Source: Moniliella sp. 'wahieum' (Eukaryota). From it: 64,000 nucleotides of DNA. Location of the stretch: positions 1-64,000 of the forward strand of contig RSEE01000164.1 in assembly GCA_003971905.1 (NCBI GenBank). The letters are read 5' to 3'. This document shows positions 48,301-60,488 of the stretch, one piece after another (position 1 is the first letter of the stretch; the number at the start of each line of letters is the position of its first letter). The notes under the pieces are model-generated. The model did no database searches, was not told the origin of the DNA, and worked only from the letters and a program-made list of their open reading frames with translations. The position numbers were made by a program, and so were the translations under genes.

Positions 48301-49700
48301 GGGGTAGCAGCTGTGCGTTCCGCGGCGGTCACGGTTCCCAGTTAGGCTATATAGTTAAGCCGGCTACGTCAAAACGTTAAACGTTAACAAAGCAGGTTCA
48401 ACGTTCAACGTGTTCGTCGTTTAACCTTCAGCACCTTATTGTAGAGCTCGCTGAACGCGCTGAGCGCGCTGAGCTGATCGATAAACTTTAGTCTTTGGTT
48501 ACCGGTTAGCGGTTAGCGGAGTTACCGCTGTTAGTGCCATGTTATGCATGGTGTCGGTTACCGTTTAATTACCCCTTAGCGCTTACCGTAAGCGCTTACC
48601 GCTTACCGCTTACCTATCACTTCTCGATAACAAACGGGAACGCAGGTGTGTACCAAAGACGTACACAACTGTGTGGCACAACTGTGACAGCACTCTCACT
48701 TAAGCCACCAGCAGCGCTCCAGCGTGGAACGGTGGCTGCGGTGGCGGCAGTGGTGGCGGTGGCCCAGCACAACAGGCTGGGGCGAAGCCCAGACCGGGCC
48801 GTAGCCCGATGGTCTCCTAGTAAACGCTAGTAACTAGTAACCGTGACTGGTCGGTCACTCGGTCAGCTCGGTCATCTCGGTCAGATCTCCGAAGTCAGAT
48901 CTCAGACTGAGAGGTCAGAGATCCCAGAACGTGAAGTACAGAGGCCTCAGAGGCCTGAGAGGCCTGAGGCCGTTGATGTTAAGACTTCGAGGTGTGACAT
49001 GTGAGGCGCGTGACGCGTGAATCTGAGAGGGCCTGAGGCTCAGCCGTCGCGCTCAGGTCGCGCTCAGAGCCTCAAGAGGAGCGCTGGCCATTAAATAGTT
49101 CGTCGAGCCCCTTCTCTGTGGGACAAAAAAATGAAAGGCTAGTGCATAGTGGATGGCATGATGCATGATTGCTGCCTTCCAGAGGTTTCTAGGATGTGGG
49201 CTGGGCTGGCGCGCTGCTGCGTGACGCGTGACGTTGAGACCCGACCGACCTCGGGCCGAGAGGTCCCTTCCGCCCCAGACATGTCGCACCTGTTTTTGTT
49301 TCCTCCGAGGCCCGAAGGGCTCGAAAAGGGACCCTCGCGTGCCTTGTCTTAGATCACTGTCCCGCTTACAGCCCGGCCGACCGGCTCCCCTTGGCGTGCC
49401 TGCACCCAACCGCGCCAGGCCACACCGCACTGCCACACCGTAACAACATCTGACGCGCTTTACGCTTCCACCAGCTAAATGATCCCATACACCACATGTC
49501 TCGCATGCGACACATATCAAGTTGCTCAATTTTTAGCGCATACTAGTTAGTTAGGTGTGACGTCACGCATCACGTTTGACGCGGTAACCGGTAACAGGTA
49601 ACCGTAAGCGCGCTAAGCGTTAAGCGTTAAACGTTAATCGTTTTATTAAGCAGTTGTCGTCATATGGCCCTTAGTCGTGAATCCGGTAATCGGCCTTCCT
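45390..49700. repeat. Very long mosaic palindrome-heptamer field upstream of the C2H2 gene
   Basis: (TAGTCAC)x5 at 45424, (CGCGTAA)x2 at 45774, (AGCTTGA)x3 at 46208, (TTACCGG)x3 at 47910, (ACGTTAA)x2 at 48374, (CTAGTAA)x2 at 48827, (CGCGTGA)x2 at 49007. Confidence 0.9.
47327..47391. repeat. 28-bp tandem repeat x2.3
   Basis: TGGTAACGCGCGGTA(C/A)GGGTCTTAGACC at 47327 and 47355, partial copy at 47383. Confidence 0.9.
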
Positions 49701-50972
49701 TGTCTCCTTCATAGCCATGTCTACTCTCTTCTGACAACGAAACCTTTGCCTGTTTGAGTACTTGGTTCTACTCGTCTTCCCCCAAATCTTACAGCAGCGT
49801 TAGTATACTGTGAAGAGGCTCAGTACTCGCATTTGATTAATCAGTGCTGTAGGTTCAACGTTCAACTGAACGTGCAGGTTCAAAACCTGTTCAACCCGTC
49901 CACCGTGCTCCACATTACGAGATACCTGGCCTTGTGAAGCAGGCTTGAGTTAAAGGAATTAGCATGACAGGAAACAATTGTCGCTGAGGGTACTCTCGCT
50001 TTTCGCTTCCGAACCGCCGATGTCTATTATAGCACGATCGGATACGGCTGAGCGTACTGGTTAACGTCCCGGGCGGACCCCAGCGTAGGCGTCAGCGCGG
50101 GGGGTTGAGATGCATGCGATCCCTGAAGGGTCGACTCAAGGGATGTTCGAGCGTGGGCTTATTGATGGATCTGAGCAGGGGAAGGGACAAGACGAGGCTT
50201 CTCGGCGCATTATAATAGCAAACACGGCTATTGGTGTGGCGAGGCTGCGTAAACACTACCGGCCGGTTGGGCAGTACAGGAACGTGTGTCTGCAGCGCGT
50301 TTTGTACTCTCGGGGACGAGAAAAGGCCCAGCGTGGGTCAACGCTGGCGCAAACGTTTTGAACTGGTCCGCCAACCGGATTGAAGTTGATTATAAAAGCT
50401 TTAATTGGACGGAAAGATGCTGGAACACTGAGCGCGACTGGCAATTTGGAGCTGTGGCAGGTGGCAAGGTGATAAGTGAAAAGGCCTAGAGGGATGAGGC
50501 AAGTATACAAGAATATGAGTTGCCTGTACCGTATGCACTGACGAAGATGGAAAGACCATCAATAGGGCGAAGACACGCCAATTGATTGTGGGGGAAAGGC
50601 ACGACCCATCAGTTGCTTACAGACGGTGACGGGGCCACACACATATAATACGCAACACCCGATGTGTGTATGACCCTGTTCTAGATCTTCTTTGATCTCT
50701 TTGTGTATACGTCTCTCTCACCACGCATCGTTTACCGTTCGATTGCTTTTTCCTACCTCTGGTATGTGAGAGGCACCGTTCCATGGAGCCTGAATGGATA
50801 CTATAGATATCCAAGCAATCCCCCCTTCACACGGGGGGGTAAAGAGGAAACGGAGAGACCGTACCAGATCGAGGAACAAAAAGGAAACAACGGATTTGCA
50901 GCGTTGGGTCCACGCTATGGACGAAACGTGATGCTGGGTATGAATAACATCTCTATTCTGTGTAACCATATA

Positions 50973-51035
50973 ATTGACAGAACTTAAGGTTAGGACAAAG
51001 AAACGCTGTGCCCTATATAAGCCAACCGTTCATCC
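50973..51035 (-). mobile_element. Dispersed repeat copy C (terminus only)
   Basis: ATTGACAGAACTTAAGG..GGACA..GAAACGCT..AACCGTTCATC matches the ends of copies A and B. Confidence 0.6.
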
Positions 51036-53321
51036 GGGCGTGTGCCGCTTGTTAGCACCAACCCGTTACGGTACCCCAGCACGTAAACCGATCCGTAGGC
51101 CCGGCGTCTCCTAGTAAAATAAACAGGCACAAACAGGCGACTGCCGTCGCCAACAAGATCCGTAAGTCTATGTCCGGTCTGACCATCGGACCTGTGTTTT
51201 TGACCGTTTCGCCTGTCAAGACTGGAGAAGCATGAGGTGTCATGGTTTGGCTGATCCTCGCTTCCATTCCCAAATAAAGAGGGGGGGGGGGCAAAAAGAA
51301 CCGCGGCACCGAGGATTCCCATGTGGTCCCCCCACCGTAGTACTGACTGGCGATACTGTGGTTAACTTCGCAGATCGGACGGGATGCGGTGCTTTACAGT
51401 TCTATGGCCGCGGATGCTCAAGGTGTTTGGAGAGGGGGGTATGGGGGGGGAGGGTGTATTGACGGGGGGATCCTGAGCGTCTCGCTTATTCCCTATTTCT
51501 TCCCACTTTGCACCATACTCTCTGCTCTTGCTTCTTTCCCCACGAACGATTGTTACAATCCCTTGACCTAGCCCCGATTCTGGTCTTCTTCGAATTGGCC
51601 CCGACTGTGACAGACATAGGGCTTTAAATTGGATGGAATCAGCTAAAAGCCACGTAACATTTGACAGGCATAAGTAATGAACGACGGATCATTTCCACAT
51701 TCATTAATGAGAGACTTTGTCAACCTTCTTCAATTCCAGTGCTCACACATCCATAATAGCCACTTGTTTTGTCATGACCAAAGGCGAAAGCCGGCTGCTA
51801 TTGGTGTGATCTGGGCTCTTGGTGCTCTTGTCGCATTCCGATTGGTACAACAATCGGGTGCCACTCATCCTCTCGGCCGTCCACACACGCATTTCCACCT
51901 CCTCGTGTATCGCCTTTCGTTACACGAGAAAGTTTGGCCTCCTTCGTACTACCCAAGTCTCTCACGGTGCGGTTCATCTTCATTTCTGATCCTCGGAATC
52001 CTCCTGTGTTCCCATCATTCTATAATCCGTGTACCTGACATTCTCTCTCTCTCCTCTCGTCTTCTTTCTCCACAGCCGCTGTTCATTGAGTGGGTGTCCT
52101 GGATCGAACGAAGAAAAGCATTTGAAAGCCGCCTCTCGTCCCACACCTCCTTGTGCAACGTGCCAAATGTTTGGATTGGTTGCGGGTGCAGACCAAGTTG
52201 TGTGCCCCCACGATTCTTGTAGCCTTCATCATATAGATCTAGGAGAGTCGCGATTAAAACGGGTCAGATAACATTGGGGAGAGTTACATAGATACCAGCG
52301 AAGTGTGAGGTGTGTGTTCAGGATCATGGATTAGGCACATGCGTTCTTCGATGAAGCGATCGCTACTTCATGCATCCTTAAGTTTCTGGCGAGTCGAGGG
52401 GCGGTAACCATTAGCCCACACGGGTTAGAAGCGATCCATTCGCTACTCTCGTCTCTCACGTACTAGTCACAACCGATAGTGAGGGTTGTGTGCGATGCCC
52501 TCACGCATAAGCTTTGGCTGCACTGGTTAAAAAGACGGGTACAAATTGGTCGTGTGTCGAAAAAAAGGGTAAAAGATCGAGTGAGGGAGACGAGGAGGGA
52601 GATTCAGCGCTCAGGCTTGAGTGGAGCTCCCAGGCGTTGGTTGATCGGTGGTGTTTGTCTTGGCTGAGCGTGAATTTTGCGCTGAATTTGCATGACTTTC
52701 TCGAGGGCCAGAGCGGGAAAGTATGGATACGGTGAGGTCTTGTTTGATGAGACATGGTCTCCGGATGGCCCTCTCGAGTGATGCAATCACACTCGGTGGT
52801 GACGGTTGTGGTCTAAGTGATACAACCAACAAAGCGCCTATAGAGAGGAACTCATCAGCAGTCAGTCACCACCAGGAGGGGCTATAGGGGCTATAGGCTG
52901 CGGAATACGGAAAACACAGAAGCGTAATAGTGGAAACAATGGAACTCTCCTCGGCCTGAGGGGAAAACTGGGACCTTTCCAAAACACGCGAGCAACCCGC
53001 GGGTGGCTCAACATTGTTGAGTTGGGTTGTGGATCGACACAATCTGCAATGTCACAACATGTCACTGTGACGACCGACAGCCTGTGAAGCGCGTGATGCT
53101 TGAAGCTGTGTTGGTGCACGTTGATGCTGCTTGATGAGCTTGAGGCCTGAGGGGCCTGAGACTTGAATTAAGTCAAGGCTCTGTGGATGGGACGTGTACT
53201 GCGATCAATACCTCATGCATCAGCGGCTCCCTACTAGGGGGTCGGAGACGAAGCAGTTTCCCTTTTTTGAAGCTTGCGACCTGAGATCTGCAGAGATGCA
53301 TGGTGAAGAAGAGATGGTGAG

Positions 53322-53885
53322 TGTAACGGTGTGGCCTCCCGGGCGATGACAACCTCGCCCGACGGGGGGCACAAAGGGGAGCCAGCCTCTGGCTCGTCAG
53401 GCAAAGCGACCAATCGTAATGTAACGGTGTGGCCTCCGGGCGATGACAACCTCGCCCGACGGGGGGGCACAAAGGGGAGCCAGCCCTCTGGCTCGTCAGG
53501 CAAGGGGACCAGTCGTAGGCCCGAAGCGCGCGAGCTTCGCACCAGAGAGACGTCCTCCCTACTGCCTTCCTAGCGATAGCGTTCCTAAGCTGAGTCCTGG
53601 AGAAGGCGGCGCTGAGGGTGGACGTAGGACAAGACGATTGGTCGCTTGCCTCCATGCATTCTTAGTACAGAGCGGGTCTTTATATAGGCAGGCAAAGGCC
53701 CGCAGGTTGTACAATAGGCAAGCGGCTAACTGGGTCTGTTGGAGACCACAGCGGCTGATAGCTCCGTCGATCCGCACGCGGTACTATCGGCGATCGAAAC
53801 CGATTAGAAGCCAAGAGCGAACGATAAGCAGCGGCGGCGCCAACGGAAATATTTCCGGTGGCTTGCTGCGCATCGCCCCGTGACA
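53322..53885 (-). mobile_element. Solo LTR (564 bp) with 5-bp TSD GTGAG and a duplicated 98-bp end
   Basis: TGTAACGG...CCGTGACA inverted ends. GTGAG at 53317-53321 and 53886-53890. TATATAAA on the minus strand at 53686-53679. Direct repeat at 53322-53419 and 53420-53517. Confidence 0.9.
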
Positions 53886-53890
53886 GTGAG

Positions 53891-54300
53891 ATCAGAGAGT
53901 GTTCAGTTGAACGTTGAGATCTGAGATCTGAGATCAGAGAGTTGAGATGTGCTATGCTGACATGGTGAGATATGGGTTTCTGATACCTGAGCTCTTGAGG
54001 GGCGGGAACAGAAAAGGCGCATGTCGATCATCGATCACATACATGTCACAGGGCAGGATAGGCACATGCAGGACACGCCCGCGTGATGGGGGGGGGGCAA
54101 ATATGGGCTGTCCAAGGCGGTGGGGATGGGCAATGCGGGGGGCGGAAGCCGAGGCGGAAGCATCACGGGCGATCGGCGTGAGGCGCTGGGCCTGCTGAGC
54201 TCAGCCTGTGATTAGGGTTACTTCTTACTCAGCCTCAGCGGCTCAGTGCTGCTCAGCTCAGCTGTCCCACACAGGGTGATCATCACGTGATCGGCTCAGG
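53891..54300. repeat. Palindrome-heptamer tract (continues left of the LTR at about 53050-53316)
   Basis: TGAACGTTGA, (TGAGATC)x3 at 53915-53935, TCGATCATCGATCA, CTGAG/CTCAG-rich run at 54195-54300. Confidence 0.85.
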
Positions 54301-54680
54301 GGGGCACTATGTAGCAACCTTCTTTGGCCGCACCGCCGCACCAGCACACTGCCGGCCGATCGGCATGCTGGGCACAGGCTTGCACACGCCGTGCGGCTGC
54401 TCCTGCCCGCACCGCCATGGGCCCCGGGGCAGTGTTCCCGCTGCGGCTGAGCCTGCGGGACGCGGGCACCAGCGCACCACACTGCATGCTCCCGGCCCCG
54501 TGGATCCCTCGCAGCTCCCGCACATGCTCCTGTGCGCACAACCCCGGTGTGTGGCTGTCCCACTGCCCCCGCCTGCCGCATCGCCCCGCACCACCACCAC
54601 CACCACACCACCCATCCCCATCCCCACCCCTCCCCCGCACCAGTGGCTTGATGCCGCCCCACCAGCGCCCCATCGCCGCC

Positions 54681-57600
54681 ATGGCCGCCGTCCTGGCCGG
54701 TGCGGCTGCCAGCGTGGGCCTGCCTCCTAGCGAGGCCGACCCGACACTACCCGACACCCCCACCCACATCAACACCAACACCAACACTGACACCGACACT
54801 GCATATGCTGATGATCCCTACGACCCTACCCCCCCCCCCAGTCTTTTGCCCCCTCACACAGCCGGCCTGTTGCAATTGACATCGGCCTCGGACGGCCCAC
54901 TTCAGACCCACATACCGACGCTGACTCCAGCAGCGGCAGATCTACCCACTCCCGCCCGTGTCCTTCGTTGGCGAGGCCCGACGTGTTCGACTACTAGACG
55001 GGGAGGAAGAGTATGAGTATGACGAGCTTGAGGACCATCTCGAAGATCCAGACGAAGAACCATGGCCTTACGTCCCCCCAGGCGTACGGCGCCACGGGGC
55101 CGGTACCTTACCCTGCTGAACACGGCGAGGCCCTTCTCGCCGATGCGCTGGTTGCTGGCTGGCCGCTGCCCGAAGGAATGACCGCCCCTGACCAATGGGC
55201 GCTGGGAGCGCCCGTCGTACCAGGAGTTACGCAGCTCAGTCTTCCTTGTGAGTTGGCTGCCGAAGCGTCGCTCGTCTTGCATAAGGCCCAAACCGAAGCA
55301 TTTGACAAATCGCGCCTGCAGGGCGCGCATCGTCATCATTTTTCCATCCCAGATGTTCTTGTCACCCCCGATCGGACGAAGGAGGAGATCCGATTGTAGA
55401 GGTCACCATTCCGCCCCAGAGACGCCGCTCGATGGTATTCGGTCAAGTACCCTCTACAGATGTAGCAAGCGGGCTTCCCTTTCCTGCCCCACCCGACTTG
55501 GGGAGGGCCTCTGTCCTAACTGCTCTTGCTCATGGCCGGGGACGCACGTCGGACTTGTGGAGGATGAGGAGGATGATCATGAGCCCCATTCAATGGCTCT
55601 TGCTTCCAATCCTACAGCTTTCGAGGGAGACTGGGACTCTACGCCGAACCAAAGCGTCGAGTCACTTCCTCACGAGTACGACCATTGGATCACTTCCCAC
55701 GCACTTCCTTCCATGGCAGGCGAGCATCCTCCCCTCGAAGAGCAACAAGATGAGGAGGAAGGTCAACGCACTCCGCGTCTGCAGGACTTTATGACCCCAG
55801 CTCTCTCCCGTGGAACCAGTCCGACTACTTTCTCAGCCGCTGCCGTGTTCGCGTCTTGGGCCCAATCCGAAGGGGATGTTCTCTCTGCTACACCGCCAAT
55901 GGATATTGCCCCGCCGCTCGTTCAGTCCAACCCACTTTGGGCGCCGAAAGAGCACATGGCTGACGATACGCCAACGGTCGACCTTGCTCTTGTCCCTTCT
56001 CGCCGTGCACCTCCGCCACCTTCACCACCTTCATCAACAGAAGAACATGGCACACCGCAGGACACTGCCCAATCATTCAACCCGGTCGAGCCGATTAAAC
56101 CGCCTACACCTTCAAACTTGGGATCTGATGCGTCCCACGCGGCATCCTTCAAGGGGGAAGAGCTCGCCTGTGACGCTCCACATAGGTATGATGCCACCGA
56201 GGCTCCTAGAGAGGAGTTGCCCGAACTCCAGCAGGACGCGAAGTTCGCTCCACTACTCAGCGAGGCCACGACCCAGCAAACTCCGGCCCAAGACGAGTCC
56301 CGTCCGATTTCATTTAGCTCTCTCAACGAAGTGTGGACCACTCCCCAGGCCACACCTCTTGCTTCCCCCCTGAATCGCCCGCCACCCATCCCGTTTTGTC
56401 AGATTGCGCTGCCCCCACATTCGACCTTGCGCCCTCCCTCCCCAACCCCCCCAGTGGCAGAGACGATCCAAACGCCCGCCCGTCCCAATTCAGAGCAGGT
56501 TCGTTGCCTCTTCCATCTAGAATCCACAACACTAACTCTCTCACAGGCAGATTTGTCGTTGTCTCCGATCAGCCACTCTACGGAGCCTAAATCACCATTA
56601 CCTTCTCGAGACATACAGGAACCTTCGCTTGCTACCCATTCTACCCCCCTTGATTCATCCGCAACTTCGGCGGGTGTTCCTTCAACGCGTACGGAACCGT
56701 ATGCCAAACCTACTTTGACTGGGGGGTATCGTTGGTATCCAATTCGTCGCAGGAGGTAGGCTCCAAGGTAGACTCTTCCTCCGAATCAACGCCAACCCCT
56801 TCCCCTGGATCGGCGTCCGTACCATTGGCCAACAACCCGAGCCTAATTCTACCGCCACACAAGCAGTGCCGGCACCGACTGGGTGCAATGACCCAGTCCC
56901 AGCTCTTGGTCCGGTTCCCGAGGTGAAACGGGCCGCTTCCGACCTCGCTACCACGGCTTCCCCGTCGCCTGCGACCCACTTGACAGAACAGATGGCCACG
57001 TCAGGCACCCCGGTCAGGACTGAGCAAGCGCGCTCCTTGGAACCAACGACACCGCGTCCTCGTCGCTCCAGCTGGACTTCATGGTTCAGCTTTCGGCGCA
57101 AGAAAGACGACTCGCCCTCGCCCTCGCCCGCACCACCATCACCGTCGCCAGCATCTTCACGGCATCTGCCGGGAACTCCATCGACACAACAGTTGCCGAT
57201 CCAGAATTCTACTGCCCCCTCTGTTTCAGGGCAGAAGGAGACTTGTTTCCCCGGCGCACCACCCTTGTCCCCGCTACCTAGGGCTCGGGTCCGCCGCGGG
57301 TCGATGACTCTGCATTCCCCGAGCGAGCAGGGGAGACCGACGCAAGCCTCGCTCCGCTCGCAGGGCCGAATCAAACGCAGCCGCCTCGATTGGGGGACGT
57401 GCCCTCGCCCAGCTCACCCGCGCTCAGTTTTACAGGAGATCTTTCCCCTTCGTCTGTCGTGGGCCGGTTGGGAAACCTTAGCTTCTCTACCGCTTCACTT
57501 GCTTCCCTTCCTGCCGTTGGTTCCCCACAGCGCACCCTCGATGCTTCCCTCTCGACCCAGCCCTTCTTCCGCCTCAGTCCTAGGTCTCGACGTGAATCTG

Positions 57601-59437
57601 GTCCCTCACACGCCTCAGTTACCGCCTCCTGCTGCCCGAAGCAGGCCGATGAACCCTCCTTTGGCTGCGCGTCCCGCAGCTGATTCTTCAACAAATGCGA
57701 CGTTGCGGTTGGACAAGGGGGACAAGGGGGACAAGGGGGACAAGGGGGACAGGGGGGACAAGGAGGACAAAAGGGACAACGACAGACCGTTGAGCTACAC
57801 AGTGGCCAATATAAGATCGGAGTTTCCTTGGGCCGTCTCAGCCCAGTTTGACTTGGGTTCTGACTCCACCGCTCGATCCGCCGCTGTCAGCCCTCTTCCA
57901 GAAGTAAACGTCAATAATGAAGGTACCTCTGCAAGCAGCAAGGGATCTCCGTCAGCACAGTCTGGCCCTGGATCGACGAGCGAGCCGGAACCTCGGGTGT
58001 GTTCGGCTGCCCAGCCGGACCGAGCTCCTGGGACGAACAAAGTAAGGAAGGACGTCAAAGACCAAGGTGCGCTCTCTTCTTCACCTTCCTCAGGGGGGAA
58101 GGCCGCTACCGCTTGTGCCCCAGAGGTAACCATCTCTCCTGCTACCCCCATCAAGGCTTGTGTCGCTCCGCGTAGTAGTGCAGACATGGTCCCTCTTCCT
58201 ACACCGACGTCTCCTCCTTCTGACTCAGACCCTTTGGTCAACCCAAGCCCCGATGGCAGAGGCGATGCGGGGACCCCCCAAATGAGCCGTCGGGCCGCGA
58301 AGGCAGCCGCCAAGCGAGCGGCCAAAGCCAAAAAGAGCCAAGCCAAGGCCGAGGCCGCAATGCTCAAACAACTCCATAAGGTGGACCGTATGGTCCGAGC
58401 ACACGATGCTAAGGCGGCCAAGAAGCAAGCCAAGTCGGCCAAATCGGCCCAGCGATCCAAGGCTCCTGCGACCGAGGGTATCACGGCGGCGCACAAACGG
58501 GCTGGAGAACCCAATCCTACCCTAAGTCTCGCCGTCGAACCGCTTTGGCCAAGCTACTCAAGATTCCTCTCAAAGACCATTCCAGTGCCCGGCCCAGCGT
58601 GCCCGCTAACCCTCCTCTTGCTGATGGGGAGAATCCTCTCCCCGGCAAATCTTCTCGGTCCCATCCCGTGATGGAACCAGGGATTGCTCAGCCGGGCCCC
58701 GGAAGATGGCGTCGGGTTGTCCCTCGGCGCGATCCCTGTCACGACGGGTTCCTAGTGCAGGGGAGGGACGGCGTTCCTTGCTCGTACCCACTCTTCTCGG
58801 TCCCGAAGTAGTATGCGTGGACGACCGTACCGCCGCCCTTCGGGACTAGCACCTTCTTTCTCTCTCATGGCCCCGCATCGCTCGCATGAAACAGAGGAGG
58901 ATGGATGGACGAATACCGACCCTTCGGACGCAGCCGACCAATCCACTTCTTCCGACCATCTGACTCTCTTCCCGGCTCGGCCGATTGGTCTTCCACCTCG
59001 GGGTTGGGACCCAGAAAAGCCCGAGCTACGCTAGGCATGTGGGCACGTCCCTTCCCCTTTCGACCGACGCTTTTGCCCCTTGCTCGTCCCCTTGCTGCTC
59101 TGACTCTGCACCGGAAGCAGCGTCTTCCGTAGTAGGACCGGCACTCGTCTCCGATCCAGGCTCCGACTCGCCCGCCCATACCCCCGCTGCCTCTCCTGTT
59201 GACTCGCACGAATCCCATCGGACCCTCGCTTCCACTGAGAGCAGCGCAACCAGCCTGTCTTCGCCCCCGTTGCACAGGGCCAGACGGCACCGTGCTCCCT
59301 GTCCGCTGCGCGACAGGAGGAGGACGATGTGCCTCGTTCCTCCCACCTCAACCTACACCACTCGACGCCGCACGCCGGCGCAAAAGGACCTTGATGCGTT
59401 TGTCTTCCCCCGTACCCGTACTTCCCTTACCTCGTGA
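54681..59437 (+). CDS. Large Pro/Ser-rich hypothetical protein, multiple frameshifts
   Basis: C-rich leader then gccATG at 54681. Chain of long + ORFs (503 and 601 aa pieces). Intron 56499-56546 (GTTCGT..ACTAAC..CAG). Lys/Ala-rich helix near 58280-58460. No domain recognised. Confidence 0.6.
57712..57780 (+). repeat. 9-bp coding repeat (GACAAGGGG)n encoding DKG
   Basis: DKGDKGDKGDKGDRGDKEDKRDN. Confidence 0.9.
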
Positions 59438-59670
59438 GGCCTGAAGCTGCGTGCTGCACACACCCTTCTGTGGATGTGGTATTGTTTCGACGCACCTTCG
59501 TTCCTCGACACAGTTTGCATGTGCATGCAGATGTACCGTCCCCACCCACTCGTTTGACATCCCCCCTCTCGTACCAAAGGACGAATCTGCTTCTCCGTTC
59601 GCCTGGGCCTCCTTGCTTGCATCCGCCATGGCAAGCCCCCTCTTGATAAAAAGCCTCCCGTTTCTCCCTT

Positions 59671-59721
59671 CCCAACTTCCCAACTTCCCAACTTCCCACT
59701 TTCTCAACTTTCCAACTTCCA
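59671..59721. repeat. 8-bp tandem repeat (CCCAACTT)n
   Basis: Three perfect and about three degenerate copies downstream of the large gene. Confidence 0.8.
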
Positions 59722-60488
59722 CCCCTGCATCGTTCCATCGTTCCCGTTCCCTAAACGTGCAAATAATGGCTTTGACATCTGCATTGTGGCCTCCCAACAA
59801 CACATGCCTGTTGTCTGTGCTCTGCTGTACTACTCGCGAGAGACCCCGGTTCCTTCGTTTCTCCAGCGCGGCCTTCTTCCTTCTTGTCTCCCATCCCCCC
59901 CACCACCCCCCTTGATCTTGTGCCCGTTTTGCTTCCTTACGAATCACACAAAGGGACTTTAGCTGCCTCTGGCCTCGGGCTTGGCTTCTGCTGCTGTTGG
60001 TGTCTCCGCCCCGCGGCCTCGCTGCGCCGCGCCAGCATGGAGCATGGAAGCGCTACAATCGAACGAACTGAATTCCAAGTCGCGTGTAAAAACTGTGTAG
60101 TTGAGGCTTCGCGTGCAGGTACGGTGTACGGGATACAGAGTCATGCAAGTCGTGCCGTTCAAGTAGCGGGGTTGTTGGCACGCAAGTCGGTCAGTAGGTA
60201 CATACATGGTCCAGCTGTCTGTAGTTTACCCCGGTGGGCGCCGTTTTTCGCGAGACGACGCACGCCATCGAATATTCAACGTTGAACGGCACTCCACTAT
60301 TAGGGGAGGGGTCGTGGGCGGAATGACACTGACAGGGCGGAACTGGCTGGTCGGATGCAATTTTTGGCAGAGGGAAGAGGGTGGAAAAAAAAGCCAACGG
60401 GTTAAGCCCAAAGTCAAACGCCAAACGCCAAACGCCAGTCAGTCCTCCGACCGTCGCCAGGCATCGCTTGTGCTCCTCCCTCATATCG

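Noticed and set aside
24460..49700. Heptamer tracts as a synthetic polylinker or vector contamination (many restriction-site palindromes)
   Set aside because: They are degenerate, tandem, spread through many intergenic regions and interrupted by a natural LTR, and no vector parts are present.
53322..53517. 98-bp duplication (14 x 7) as part of the 7-bp phase system
   Set aside because: It lies inside the LTR, lacks heptamer units, and its exact length depends on error-prone G runs.
59671..59721. Interstitial telomere repeat
   Set aside because: The CCCAACTT unit does not match TTAGGG-type fungal telomeres, and the array is short.
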